NCBI GenBank assembly: GCA_005790265.1
Contig: SXVE01000267.1
Coordinates: 1-33,923, forward strand
Origin: Acidobacteriota bacterium
GTDB taxonomy: Bacteria; Acidobacteriota; Blastocatellia; Pyrinomonadales; Pyrinomonadaceae
DNA: 33,923 bases
Direction of reading: 5' to 3'
A program made the translations under genes and the position numbers. The first letter of the stretch is position 1; every line of letters starts with the position of its first letter. This document shows, piece by piece, positions 16,616 to 24,187 of the stretch. A model generated the notes under the pieces. That model was given only the letters and a program-made list of their open reading frames with translations, was not told the origin of the DNA and ran no database searches.

Positions 16616-18061
16616 ATGACCTTGTTTTCGCCTTGTCCCGCGCGCAAAATAATTATCAAATTATCCATAATCTGCGCCGCCGTCGTTTTCGCTTTTGCCG
16701 CATTCGCCTTGTTTTCGGCGCGCCCGAAAACCGTCAGCGCATCGTCATCCGGTCCGACGCCCGCGCATACTAACGCGCCGCGCGAATCCAACTGCACGAC
16801 GTGCCACGCCGATTTTTCGCTGAACAGCGGAACGGGAAGCACAACGATTTCCGGTCTGCCCGCCAATTATCTGCCCGGACAAGTTATTCCTGTGACCGTC
16901 ACAGTCAGCCAAGCCGACGCCGTTATTTACGGTTTTCAGCTGACGGCGATTAACGGCGACGGCGCGCAGATCGGAACTTTCACGATTCCGCAGGCGTCCG
17001 CTTCGCAGATGCAGATCGTCGCCGGTTCGGTTGACGGCATTCAGCGCCGCTACATCGAACACACGAGCAACGGTACGACGCCGACACAATTCGGTTCTAA
17101 ATCGTGGACGTTTAACTGGACGGCACCGGCGCAGCGAGTCGGCAAAATTCGTTTTTACACTGCCGGCAACGCGGCGAACAGCGACCGTTCTCCGGCTGGC
17201 GATTATATTTACGCTTCGTCCGGCGCGACGCTGTCCGGTTCGGCAATCGCCAATTTCGACGGCGACGATAAAAGCGAAGTCGCGGTTTTTCGCCCGTCAA
17301 ACGGCACTTGGTACCGGTTAAACTCAACGAATAACGCTTTCAATTCGTTTCAGTGGGGCGCGAGCACCGACAAAGTCACGCCGGGCGATTATGACGGCGA
17401 CGGCAAAACCGATTTCGCCGTTTGGCGACCGTCAAACGGAACGTGGTATTTGCAAAGAAGCAGCGCCGGTTTCGCCTCCGCACAATTCGGACAAAACGGC
17501 GATATTCCGGTTGCGGGCGATTACGATGGCGATTTGAAAACGGATTTCGCGGTTTTTCGCCCATCAAACGGCACCTGGTATATGCAGCGCAGCACCGCCG
17601 GATTCGCTTTTCAGCAGTTCGGGCAAAACGGCGACAAACCCGTTCAGGGCGATTACGATGCGGACGGAAAAACCGATATTGCCGTTTATCGTCCGAACGG
17701 CGGAATGTGGTATCTGTTAAGATCGGCGAGCGGATTTTCGTCGGTTCAATTCGGCGAAAGCACCGATAAACCGGTTCAGAGCGATTATGACGGCGACGGC
17801 AAAACCGATGTTGCCGTCTGGCGTCCTTCGACCGGCAACTGGTTTGTTTCCGGTTCGACGCGCGGTTTTTCTTTCGTTCAGTTCGGCGCGCCGACCGACC
17901 GACCGGCACCAGCCGATTTCGACGGCGACGGCAAAACGGACATCGCTGTTTTTCGCAGCGGCACTTGGTACGCGCTGCGCAGCGCGGACAATTCTTTCTT
18001 CTCAACGGCATTCGGCGAAAGCACCGACGTTCCGATTGCGAGCGCCTACATCGCCGAGTAA
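16616..18061 (+). CDS. Secreted protein: CxxCH motif plus Reeler/DOMON-like beta module fused to a six-repeat FG-GAP/VCBS cassette
   Basis: A Shine-Dalgarno AGGAG lies 7 nt upstream. Signal/anchor is LSIICAAVVFAFAAFALFSA. CTTCH is at nt 16793-16807. Next comes the module YLPGQVIPVTVTV...IYGFQLTA...IGTF...EHTS...WTFNWTAP...GKIRFYTAGNAAN, then six repeats of DYDGDGKTD.AV.RPSNGTWY. Confidence 0.8.
   Translation: MTLFSPCPARKIIIKLSIICAAVVFAFAAFALFSARPKTVSASSSGPTPAHTNAPRESNCTTCHADFSLNSGTGSTTISGLPANYLPGQVIPVTVTVSQADAVIYGFQLTAINGDGAQIGTFTIPQASASQMQIVAGSVDGIQRRYIEHTSNGTTPTQFGSKSWTFNWTAPAQRVGKIRFYTAGNAANSDRSPAGDYIYASSGATLSGSAIANFDGDDKSEVAVFRPSNGTWYRLNSTNNAFNSFQWGASTDKVTPGDYDGDGKTDFAVWRPSNGTWYLQRSSAGFASAQFGQNGDIPVAGDYDGDLKTDFAVFRPSNGTWYMQRSTAGFAFQQFGQNGDKPVQGDYDADGKTDIAVYRPNGGMWYLLRSASGFSSVQFGESTDKPVQSDYDGDGKTDVAVWRPSTGNWFVSGSTRGFSFVQFGAPTDRPAPADFDGDGKTDIAVFRSGTWYALRSADNSFFSTAFGESTDVPIASAYIAE
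17252..18058 (+). repeat. Six tandem ~44-aa FG-GAP/VCBS-type repeats (coding), paralogous to 12081-12887
   Basis: Repeats run NFDGDDKSEVAVFRPSNGTWY..., DYDGDGKTDFAVWRPSNGTWY..., DYDGDLKTDFAVFRPSNGTWY..., DYDADGKTDIAVYRPNGGMWY..., DYDGDGKTDVAVWRPSTGNWF..., DFDGDGKTDIAVFRSGTWY... Confidence 0.85.
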
Positions 18062-18116
18062 ATCAAACGAACTGAAAAGCCTGTAAAAACGTAAAAAACC
18101 GAGCCGCCAATAAAAG

Positions 18117-18160
18117 AAAAAGAGGCGAGAACTTACAAATTTAAGTTCTCGCCTCTTTTT
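18117..18160. terminator. Bidirectional terminator between the convergent Reeler-like gene and the minor-pilin operon
   Basis: A 15-bp perfect stem, AGAGGCGAGAACTTA (18121-18135) with TAAGTTCTCGCCTCT (18142-18156), is flanked by A-rich and T-rich runs. A second weaker hairpin lies at 18167-18189. Confidence 0.85.
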
Positions 18161-18237
18161 AATATTGAGAAGTTTGTTGAAACTGTCTCAAGTCCGTAAA
18201 GCGAACTAAATCGAAGTTTTCAAACAGCTTCTGGATT

Positions 18238-19527
18238 CTAACCTTCACCGTTTCCGGGCGTCGGCGTCGGTACCGGCGTTGCCGTCGGTTTCGGCGTCGG
18301 TGATTTTACCGGCGACGGCGATGGCGACGGCGATGGTGATGGCGACGGCGATGGCGTTGGCGTCGGTGATTTTACCGGTGTGGCAATCGGTGTCGGTGAC
18401 GGCGATGGCGACGGCGTCGGCGTTGGCGTAATATTGGGTTCCGGACCCGGATTTGGCAGATCAGTATTTCCCTGTGAATCTCTGGGCGTGGCGGCTTCGG
18501 AAAATTGCAGATTGCGCACGCTGATTTGCGTTGTTCCTTCAACTTTGCCGAGCTCACCACTGCGCAGCGGATAAGCCGTTTCAACTTCGACTCGCGGTTC
18601 GACCATTCTCACTAAAGCCGAATCCGAAACGTCGAGCTGCGCAAGCGGCTGCTGGTAAATTGTTCCTTCCGCCTCGGGTTTGAGCACGTAGCGAAACTGC
18701 AATACGGACACGTGTTCGGCGATAGTGCTGTCAATAAATGCCGTTCCTTTCACGCCGAAAACGCGGCGAATCAATCGTTGGTCGGCGGCAACAAAATAAT
18801 GAATGATATTGCCGCGCATTAACGTCGCCGGCTGTTTTCCGTCCGCCCCGACCGCCGTCGCGATATTGCCGCCGGTGCCGTAACGATTTAAGCCGAGAGC
18901 GTCGCCCGTTTCCCAAAAAATGCTTCCCGCTCCTTTTCGCGTCACGGTGCCGAAAGCGCCGTTGCCGCTGCCGCTGATGTAATAAAGTTCGCCGACCGTG
19001 TAGCCGCTCACATCGCCGCCCGGAATTTTGATTTCTCCGGTGGAAATATTAACCGTTTGTCCCGGAAGCGAAACGGGCGAAAACGCCGGATCAACCGCAA
19101 TTAAAGTCAGGCGATCGGTTCCGGGCAAAACGGTTGTCGCCGGATTGGTGTCGGCGACGCTGACGCCGCTGCCGACCTGATCGTCGGAAATAATCGCGCC
19201 GGTGCTGATAAAACCCTGATTATCAGGATCAATCGCCGCCGCCGTGCGCACGGTCAGAAATTTTCTGACAAACGCGGTCGGCAGCCAGAGATTGGAAATT
19301 CCTTTCATCCCGTCGCCGACGATGATCAAATCGCGCGTAATATATTCCTGCGCGTTGCGCAAGCCCTGCCCGGCGGCGGTCATTTCGTAATTGGTGTTTG
19401 CCGTAATAATCGTGCCGCGCATCAGCGAAAACACTGCGCCGAGAACGATCAGCATTATTACCATGACAACCATCAGCTCCATCATTGAAAAGCCTTTCTG
19501 ATTGCGTTTATCGAGCGTTTTTGTCAT
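18238..19527 (-). CDS. PilW-like type IV minor pilin/pseudopilin with ~70-aa C-terminal Pro/Thr/Ser-rich tail
   Basis: A Shine-Dalgarno AGGAG lies 9 nt upstream. The prepilin cleavage/methylation motif is KG|[23 protein letters not shown]. Size and position (last gene of the minor-pilin operon) fit PilW/PilA3-like proteins. The tail reads [62 protein letters not shown]. Confidence 0.75.
   Translation of the reverse strand: MTKTLDKRNQKGFSMMELMVVMVIMLIVLGAVFSLMRGTIITANTNYEMTAAGQGLRNAQEYITRDLIIVGDGMKGISNLWLPTAFVRKFLTVRTAAAIDPDNQGFISTGAIISDDQVGSGVSVADTNPATTVLPGTDRLTLIAVDPAFSPVSLPGQTVNISTGEIKIPGGDVSGYTVGELYYISGSGNGAFGTVTRKGAGSIFWETGDALGLNRYGTGGNIATAVGADGKQPATLMRGNIIHYFVAADQRLIRRVFGVKGTAFIDSTIAEHVSVLQFRYVLKPEAEGTIYQQPLAQLDVSDSALVRMVEPRVEVETAYPLRSGELGKVEGTTQISVRNLQFSEAATPRDSQGNTDLPNPGPEPNITPTPTPSPSPSPTPIATPVKSPTPTPSPSPSPSPSPSPSPVKSPTPKPTATPVPTPTPGNGEG
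18241..18456 (-). repeat. Low-complexity (SP)n/(TP)n coding repeat with an internal 20-bp direct repeat
   Basis: GGCGTCGGTGATTTTACCGG occurs at 18293-18312 and again at 18359-18378, 66 bp apart. GGCGA(C/T)GG hexamer-type repeats fill the interval between the two copies. Confidence 0.8.
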
Positions 19528-19551
19528 TTCACGCGGCTCCTGAACAAAGTT

Positions 19552-22500
19552 TTAATATAATTTCTGGCGAAATCCGGTCGCCTGCACGTATTGAAAAAAC
19601 GGCGTTCCGGGCGGCAGTTTCTGCGACGAAAGAAAAGTTTCATCGAAACTCCAATTTCGCTGCGGCGGCAGGTAAGTGATCGAAGTCTCGTTCTCCCACT
19701 GCGCAAAAGCCTGCGTCGAATGAAACAGCGGAATCAGCGAGCCGGTGTAATTCCAGGTCTGAATAGTATTAACTCCGCCTTTGTTAAAATTCCACATTTC
19801 CAAAAATCGCGGGTAATTGATGATTCCGCCGTTGCGCCGCAATCCGTCGGCGTCTTTGCCGGGAATCTGCGTCATCGCGGAAATCGTCGTTCCGGCAATA
19901 ATTCCGACTCTGACCGACGTGCTTTCCGCGAGCGAAGGCAGATTTTCATCGGCGGCGCGATACGGTTCGCCGCCGAGATTGCGACCGTCCGAGCTGCCTT
20001 CCGGATATAAAGCCGAAAGCGCGTCAAACCACGTTTTCGAGAGCGGCGAAAAAGCGTCGGCGACGATTGATGCGGGAATTTGCGCGCCGGTAAATCCGCC
20101 GTTGTTTAAAGTTGAGCCGCCCGTCGGAATTCCGTTGATGCCGGTCGTATTGTAATTTCCCCAGATATGAACGAGATTTTCCGACGAAACCGTAATGCCT
20201 TTGGTCGGCGAAAGCTTGTTCGCGCCCGCCGTGATGCTGAGAGTTTCGGCATCAACCAATCTCACAGCGCGGCGAAAATAATTGACGTTTTTCTGCATTA
20301 TTTGCTGAGCGCGCGCGAGCCGGTCAGTGACGACGGCGTTGATCGCCGGTTTGCTGCCGATGGTTCCCGAATCAGGCAACTCGGCGGTATTTTTCTGCAA
20401 TCTGCCTTTTTTGCTGACGCCGCCCGAACTCCAGCCGAAATCAATCACGTCTTCTCCGGCGTCGAGCGCGTTGTTCGGACCGTAAATATCCTCGTTGTCA
20501 ACGATTCCGTTCGTGCTCGTGTAAGCGGTTCCGTCGGCTAAATATTCGGTGCTTTTTTTGTCGCCGCGCCGGTCGGAAACGTAAACGACGTAACCTTCCA
20601 CATCGCGAATGTTCGTGCTCACGGCGTTTGTTCCGGCAAGCAAATTTGCGTCGTAAACGCCGTCGAGCCAGCGCGATAAATTACGCATATTGATTTCGAC
20701 AACGCTCATCACGCCGCGTTCGTAAATGTCATATTCGCTCAACGAGCTGCGCATCCAGCCTTCGCGGACGTTATAGATGTTAATCGGCACGATTGAATCG
20801 TAACCGCTCGGCGTATCTTCGCGAATGACTTTGCAATTTTTCAATCCGTTATCTTTGCATCCGTCTTTTCCCTTTCCGTTGGCGTCTTCATCGGCATCGG
20901 AGATTGACATACTCAAATAACCGCGATTGGCGGCAAAATCTTTTGCTTCCGGCGCCTGAATTTCGCCGTCGGCAACAGTTTGGTAATTTTTGGTTAGGCT
21001 GTTTAAATCAAATCCTTTTCCGTCGCGATCGCGGCTGCCCTGCACAAACGCCGCCCATAACGGTCGCTGCAAATAAACGATGCCGTTCGGTTCGCCGACC
21101 GTCATTCCCATACTCAAGATTTCTTTTGTCACGTCGAGCGTCGTGCCGTCCGGTTTGACGATTTCGATGTAAATGCGCCCTTCGATGCCCGATCCCGGCG
21201 GAATGTAGTTTCCGGCATTCGTTTTGTCGGAAGTGTTTTTAACGCCGCGCACAGTCATCGCCGTTTCGGTTTTATTATTGCTCGTTCGCTGCGATATGGG
21301 AGACGAATCGAGATACGAACCGGCATCGGAGAGTCGGCGCAGAACGCTGCCGTTCGCTAACGGCAGCGGAGCGAAACCGCTGCTGTTATTTTTCAGTAAA
21401 ACGCCTTTGCCCGTCGGAATTCCGGCAACGTTGCTCGTTCCGCTGCCCGCCGTTTCGTCGTCAAGCAAGATTCTGATTTCCGCTTTGTTCTGATACCGCG
21501 AAGCCGCCAAAATCTCGTCGTCCGACGGCAGCGCGCGTTTAATCAGTTCGGCAGCGTTATTGCCGCCGGTTTCGACCGGAAGTTTAAGCGCCGCCGCGCC
21601 GGTTGTTTTCGTCAGCACTTGTCCGCCCAAACGATTCGGCGTGTTCGCTTTCGCCGGTTTGACCGAATCGGATTCCCACGAATTGTTGGCAACTCCGGTC
21701 GGACTGCCGGGAAAAAACCCGCGCAGCAAACTGCCCGGACAATTCAAATCAATCAGATCGAGACAAGATAAAGGGCTGTTCGTCAGATTTGGTCCGCCAA
21801 CCGTTCCCGAACCGCTTTTGACGCTGCCGTTGTTCAGAGTGCTCTGCACGTTAATGCCATTCACATTAAAATAAACGTTTTGATTGCCGCTCGACGTGTT
21901 CGGTTCTCCGCCGCGCGTCGCATCGCGCACAAATTCGCCGCCGATTGTTACTTTATTAAGAAATTTCGTGTTGCGCAGCGCGTAGAGATTTTGATTAGTG
22001 TGAATTCTGCCGTTGAACGTCATCTGCGGACCCGGATGAATTTCGATGTCTTCGTTGCTGAACATCCCGAACTGGAAAAGCGGCACGAGATAATTGTTGA
22101 ATTCGCGTTCTAATTTTACTTCGGCTTTCGAGTAATTTTGCAGCGCGGTCGAAGTCATTTTATAAGGAATCACGCTCGCGTAAAGTCCGGCATACGGACC
22201 GTCGGGAATATTCACGCGCGGATAAACGTTGTTCGGCAGTCCCTGAATAGTGCGCAGCTCGTTTAATCGCGCGGTGTCTTCAGCGAGCGTTTGGGTAAAG
22301 GAAAATCCCTCGTTTTTTAATTCCTGCGGAGGCGCCGCCGCGATTTTGCTTAAATCGTCGAGCGTCGGATTCATTTTCAAACGAAACAAATCGCTGAAAT
22401 CGTTGGTCATCTTTTCCATTCCGGCGGTCGCAGCGTAAAAGGAGTGCGTGCGCTGCAAATCAGCGCCGGCAATGCGCGCTTCGCCTGAAGAAAAAGCCAG

Positions 22501-22620
22501 CGCCGTCAGCGCGATGACAAGCAGAATGGCGACGACGATGATGGCAATCGCCATCGCCGCGCCGCGTTCGCCGATTTTAGCGGATTTATCCGACTGACTG
22601 TGAAATTTTGAAGCAAACAT
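19552..22620 (-). CDS. Large (1022 aa) PilX_N-type pilus-associated protein; candidate tip adhesin/receptor (ComZ-position analogue)
   Basis: The N-terminus ERGAAMAIAIIVVAILLVIALTALAFSSGEARIAG fits the PilX N-terminal (RG + hydrophobic helix) pattern and has no G|FxxxE prepilin site. The gene is embedded between PilV-like and PilW-like genes with 30-nt and 24-nt gaps. I recognise no catalytic motif. The rest is Gly/Asn/Ser/Thr-rich and beta-rich. Confidence 0.7.
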   Translation of the reverse strand: MFASKFHSQSDKSAKIGERGAAMAIAIIVVAILLVIALTALAFSSGEARIAGADLQRTHSFYAATAGMEKMTNDFSDLFRLKMNPTLDDLSKIAAAPPQELKNEGFSFTQTLAEDTARLNELRTIQGLPNNVYPRVNIPDGPYAGLYASVIPYKMTSTALQNYSKAEVKLEREFNNYLVPLFQFGMFSNEDIEIHPGPQMTFNGRIHTNQNLYALRNTKFLNKVTIGGEFVRDATRGGEPNTSSGNQNVYFNVNGINVQSTLNNGSVKSGSGTVGGPNLTNSPLSCLDLIDLNCPGSLLRGFFPGSPTGVANNSWESDSVKPAKANTPNRLGGQVLTKTTGAAALKLPVETGGNNAAELIKRALPSDDEILAASRYQNKAEIRILLDDETAGSGTSNVAGIPTGKGVLLKNNSSGFAPLPLANGSVLRRLSDAGSYLDSSPISQRTSNNKTETAMTVRGVKNTSDKTNAGNYIPPGSGIEGRIYIEIVKPDGTTLDVTKEILSMGMTVGEPNGIVYLQRPLWAAFVQGSRDRDGKGFDLNSLTKNYQTVADGEIQAPEAKDFAANRGYLSMSISDADEDANGKGKDGCKDNGLKNCKVIREDTPSGYDSIVPINIYNVREGWMRSSLSEYDIYERGVMSVVEINMRNLSRWLDGVYDANLLAGTNAVSTNIRDVEGYVVYVSDRRGDKKSTEYLADGTAYTSTNGIVDNEDIYGPNNALDAGEDVIDFGWSSGGVSKKGRLQKNTAELPDSGTIGSKPAINAVVTDRLARAQQIMQKNVNYFRRAVRLVDAETLSITAGANKLSPTKGITVSSENLVHIWGNYNTTGINGIPTGGSTLNNGGFTGAQIPASIVADAFSPLSKTWFDALSALYPEGSSDGRNLGGEPYRAADENLPSLAESTSVRVGIIAGTTISAMTQIPGKDADGLRRNGGIINYPRFLEMWNFNKGGVNTIQTWNYTGSLIPLFHSTQAFAQWENETSITYLPPQRNWSFDETFLSSQKLPPGTPFFQYVQATGFRQKLY

Positions 22621-22650
22621 TTTTACTTTTCTAAACCTCCGGAAAATTGT

Positions 22651-23247
22651 TTATATCGTTGTGCGCGCGTCGTTGTTCAGATAGGAAACGCCGACGATTT
22701 CGCCCACTTTTCCGTTGACGCTGGTGTACCGAACGCGAACGATCACTTTTTTCAAATTCGCGCTCAAATTGACGATCTGAATTTGCCTGATATAACCGCT
22801 GCGCAGTAATTTCATATCCACCGTATCGTCGGGCGTACCGAAAACTCCGTCATTGCCCGGCGCGGTCGAAATATCGTCGGCGGTTCCGTTCACGCCGTCC
22901 GGTCCGGGACTCGAGGAAACCATCGAGTAGCCGTCGGAAAAACCCATAAAGTTGTTTTGCGCGTCCGAATTGTCCACGCTGCCGACATTGGCAAATTGTT
23001 TAAAGTTAAGCCGCCGCGAATTGCGCAGCGATTCGACTTCCTCAATCGAAGCGACGACGACGAGTTTTGCTTTCGTCACGTTGCGGCTGATCGTGCTGAA
23101 TTCGAGCGCGTAAGTCACGGCGGCGGCGGTTCCGATCAGTCCGATAGTCAAAATAAAAATCGCGATAATGGCTTCGATCAGCGAAAATCCCTGCTGCGCT
23201 TTTTTTGATTTTTCCTGTGCTGAATTTCGTTCGGTTTTATTCGACAT
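22651..23247 (-). CDS. pilV: PilV-like type IV minor pilin
   Basis: The prepilin motif QQG|FSLIEAIIAIFILTIGLIGTAAAV matches the PilV signature GFSLIE..IA..IL.IGLLG. The gene overlaps the upstream gene by 11 nt. Confidence 0.75.
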   Translation of the reverse strand: MSNKTERNSAQEKSKKAQQGFSLIEAIIAIFILTIGLIGTAAAVTYALEFSTISRNVTKAKLVVVASIEEVESLRNSRRLNFKQFANVGSVDNSDAQNNFMGFSDGYSMVSSSPGPDGVNGTADDISTAPGNDGVFGTPDDTVDMKLLRSGYIRQIQIVNLSANLKKVIVRVRYTSVNGKVGEIVGVSYLNNDARTTI

Positions 23248-23845
23248 ATTTATTCACGTTTTCGCTGTAGCGCCAGATTTTGATTCGTCCGCCCGCGCCG
23301 AGCACCGACACGGCGAAAGCCATACTTTTTGGTTTTTTGCTGTGATAAAAAAACAGCGCTTTGTTTTCCGGATTGCCCGAAGCGTCGAGCACCGAACCGT
23401 CCGGCTGAAACGTCACTTCGACCATTCCGCCGCTGAGCGCCGAAACGTTCGTTCCGTCGCCGAGCGCCGCCGTCGAAGCGCCGGGCGGCTGCCCGTAAAC
23501 GATTTCGGCTTTTTGAATTCCCGAACCGTCGAGCGCCTCGATTTTATTTTTGGAATCGTTCACCGTGCCGAAACCGCCGCCGTAAATAACCGTTTCTTTT
23601 TCCGTATTTTTATAACGCAAAGTAATCGCTTTGCGCTGCGACATCGCTTGCTGGCGCGCCTCGGCGAGTGCTCCGGCAACCTGGCGCTGCATTCCCGAAA
23701 ACCGGAAAGCGCGCCGCGCCGCAATCATCTGCGGCAGCGCGATGACGCCGATAATGGCGATAATTAACAAGACGATGACCAGTTCGGGCAAACTAAAACC
23801 TTGCTGTTTTTTTGTGTTTTTGCGAGTTCGTAACGCGTTCATCAA
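23237..23845 (-). CDS. GspH/FimT(FimU)-like type IV minor pilin
   Basis: A Shine-Dalgarno GAGGA lies upstream. The prepilin motif is QQG|FSLPELVIVLLIIAIIGVIALPQM. It is followed by ...RQVAGALAEARQQAMSQRK, typical of the GspH/FimT family. It is the first gene of the minor-pilin operon. Confidence 0.7.
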   Translation of the reverse strand: MMNALRTRKNTKKQQGFSLPELVIVLLIIAIIGVIALPQMIAARRAFRFSGMQRQVAGALAEARQQAMSQRKAITLRYKNTEKETVIYGGGFGTVNDSKNKIEALDGSGIQKAEIVYGQPPGASTAALGDGTNVSALSGGMVEVTFQPDGSVLDASGNPENKALFFYHSKKPKSMAFAVSVLGAGGRIKIWRYSENVNKYVE

Positions 23846-24013
23846 TCCTCAATTCCTCGATGGAGAATTTTCTCTACTACACCATATTTTGAATAAAAAG
23901 GTTTTTTCAGAAAAAACACTGTTTATCAGTAAATTATTTTTTCGTTTAATTACTTGGACGTGCATCCAAAGTCGGAAAGTTAGATTTTAAGCAGGCGAAT
24001 TCGGCGGGTTTTT

Positions 24014-24052
24014 GAGATAAAATGCCCGCCGGAGTCAGTGAATTCCGGCGGG
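24014..24052 (-). terminator. Candidate intrinsic terminator/attenuator after pilQ
   Basis: A 9-bp GC-rich stem forms between CCCGCCGGA (24025-24033) and TCCGGCGGG (24044-24052) with a 10-nt loop. On the minus strand it is followed by CATTTTATCTC. A third near-copy, TTCGGCGGG (24000-24008), could form an alternative helix. Confidence 0.5.
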
Positions 24053-24187
24053 TAATTTACAAGGAAACATAAATCTACAAAACAATCTTGAATGAGAAGT
24101 CCGGCGTCTGTCAGCTGTTTGAACGTTTTAATTCGGCAGGTAAAAAACGTCGAACTTCTTCGCAAAGCCAACCGATCTCGGCGTCGT

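Noticed and set aside
17376-18011. 211-aa Arg-rich antisense ORF, together with similar ones at 11782-12414, 909-1460, 13083-13565, 23168-23767, 25427-26029, 26039-26869 and 27651-28373
   Set aside because: All lie inside well-supported genes (FG-GAP cassettes, adhesin, ppk, pilins, pilQ, pilP, pilN). Their composition (R/F/S-rich, low complexity) is what the reverse complement of NCG-rich coding sequence produces. None has a recognisable motif or RBS.
22621-22653. The PilV-like stop codon (TAA, 22651-22653) is in the same frame as the 1022-aa ORF, separated by only 10 sense codons, so stop-codon read-through could give a PilV-giant fusion
   Set aside because: A one-in-three chance explains the shared frame. 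TAA is a strong stop, and I see no read-through context or stimulatory structure. A pilin fused at its C-terminus to a second hydrophobic helix is topologically implausible.
23980-24171. 63-aa ORF in the pilQ / minor-pilin spacer
   Set aside because: It has atypical codon usage for this window (AGA, AGT, CTT, GTA), no RBS and no recognisable motif. It also spans the GC-rich terminator-like hairpins. It is better explained as non-coding regulatory sequence.
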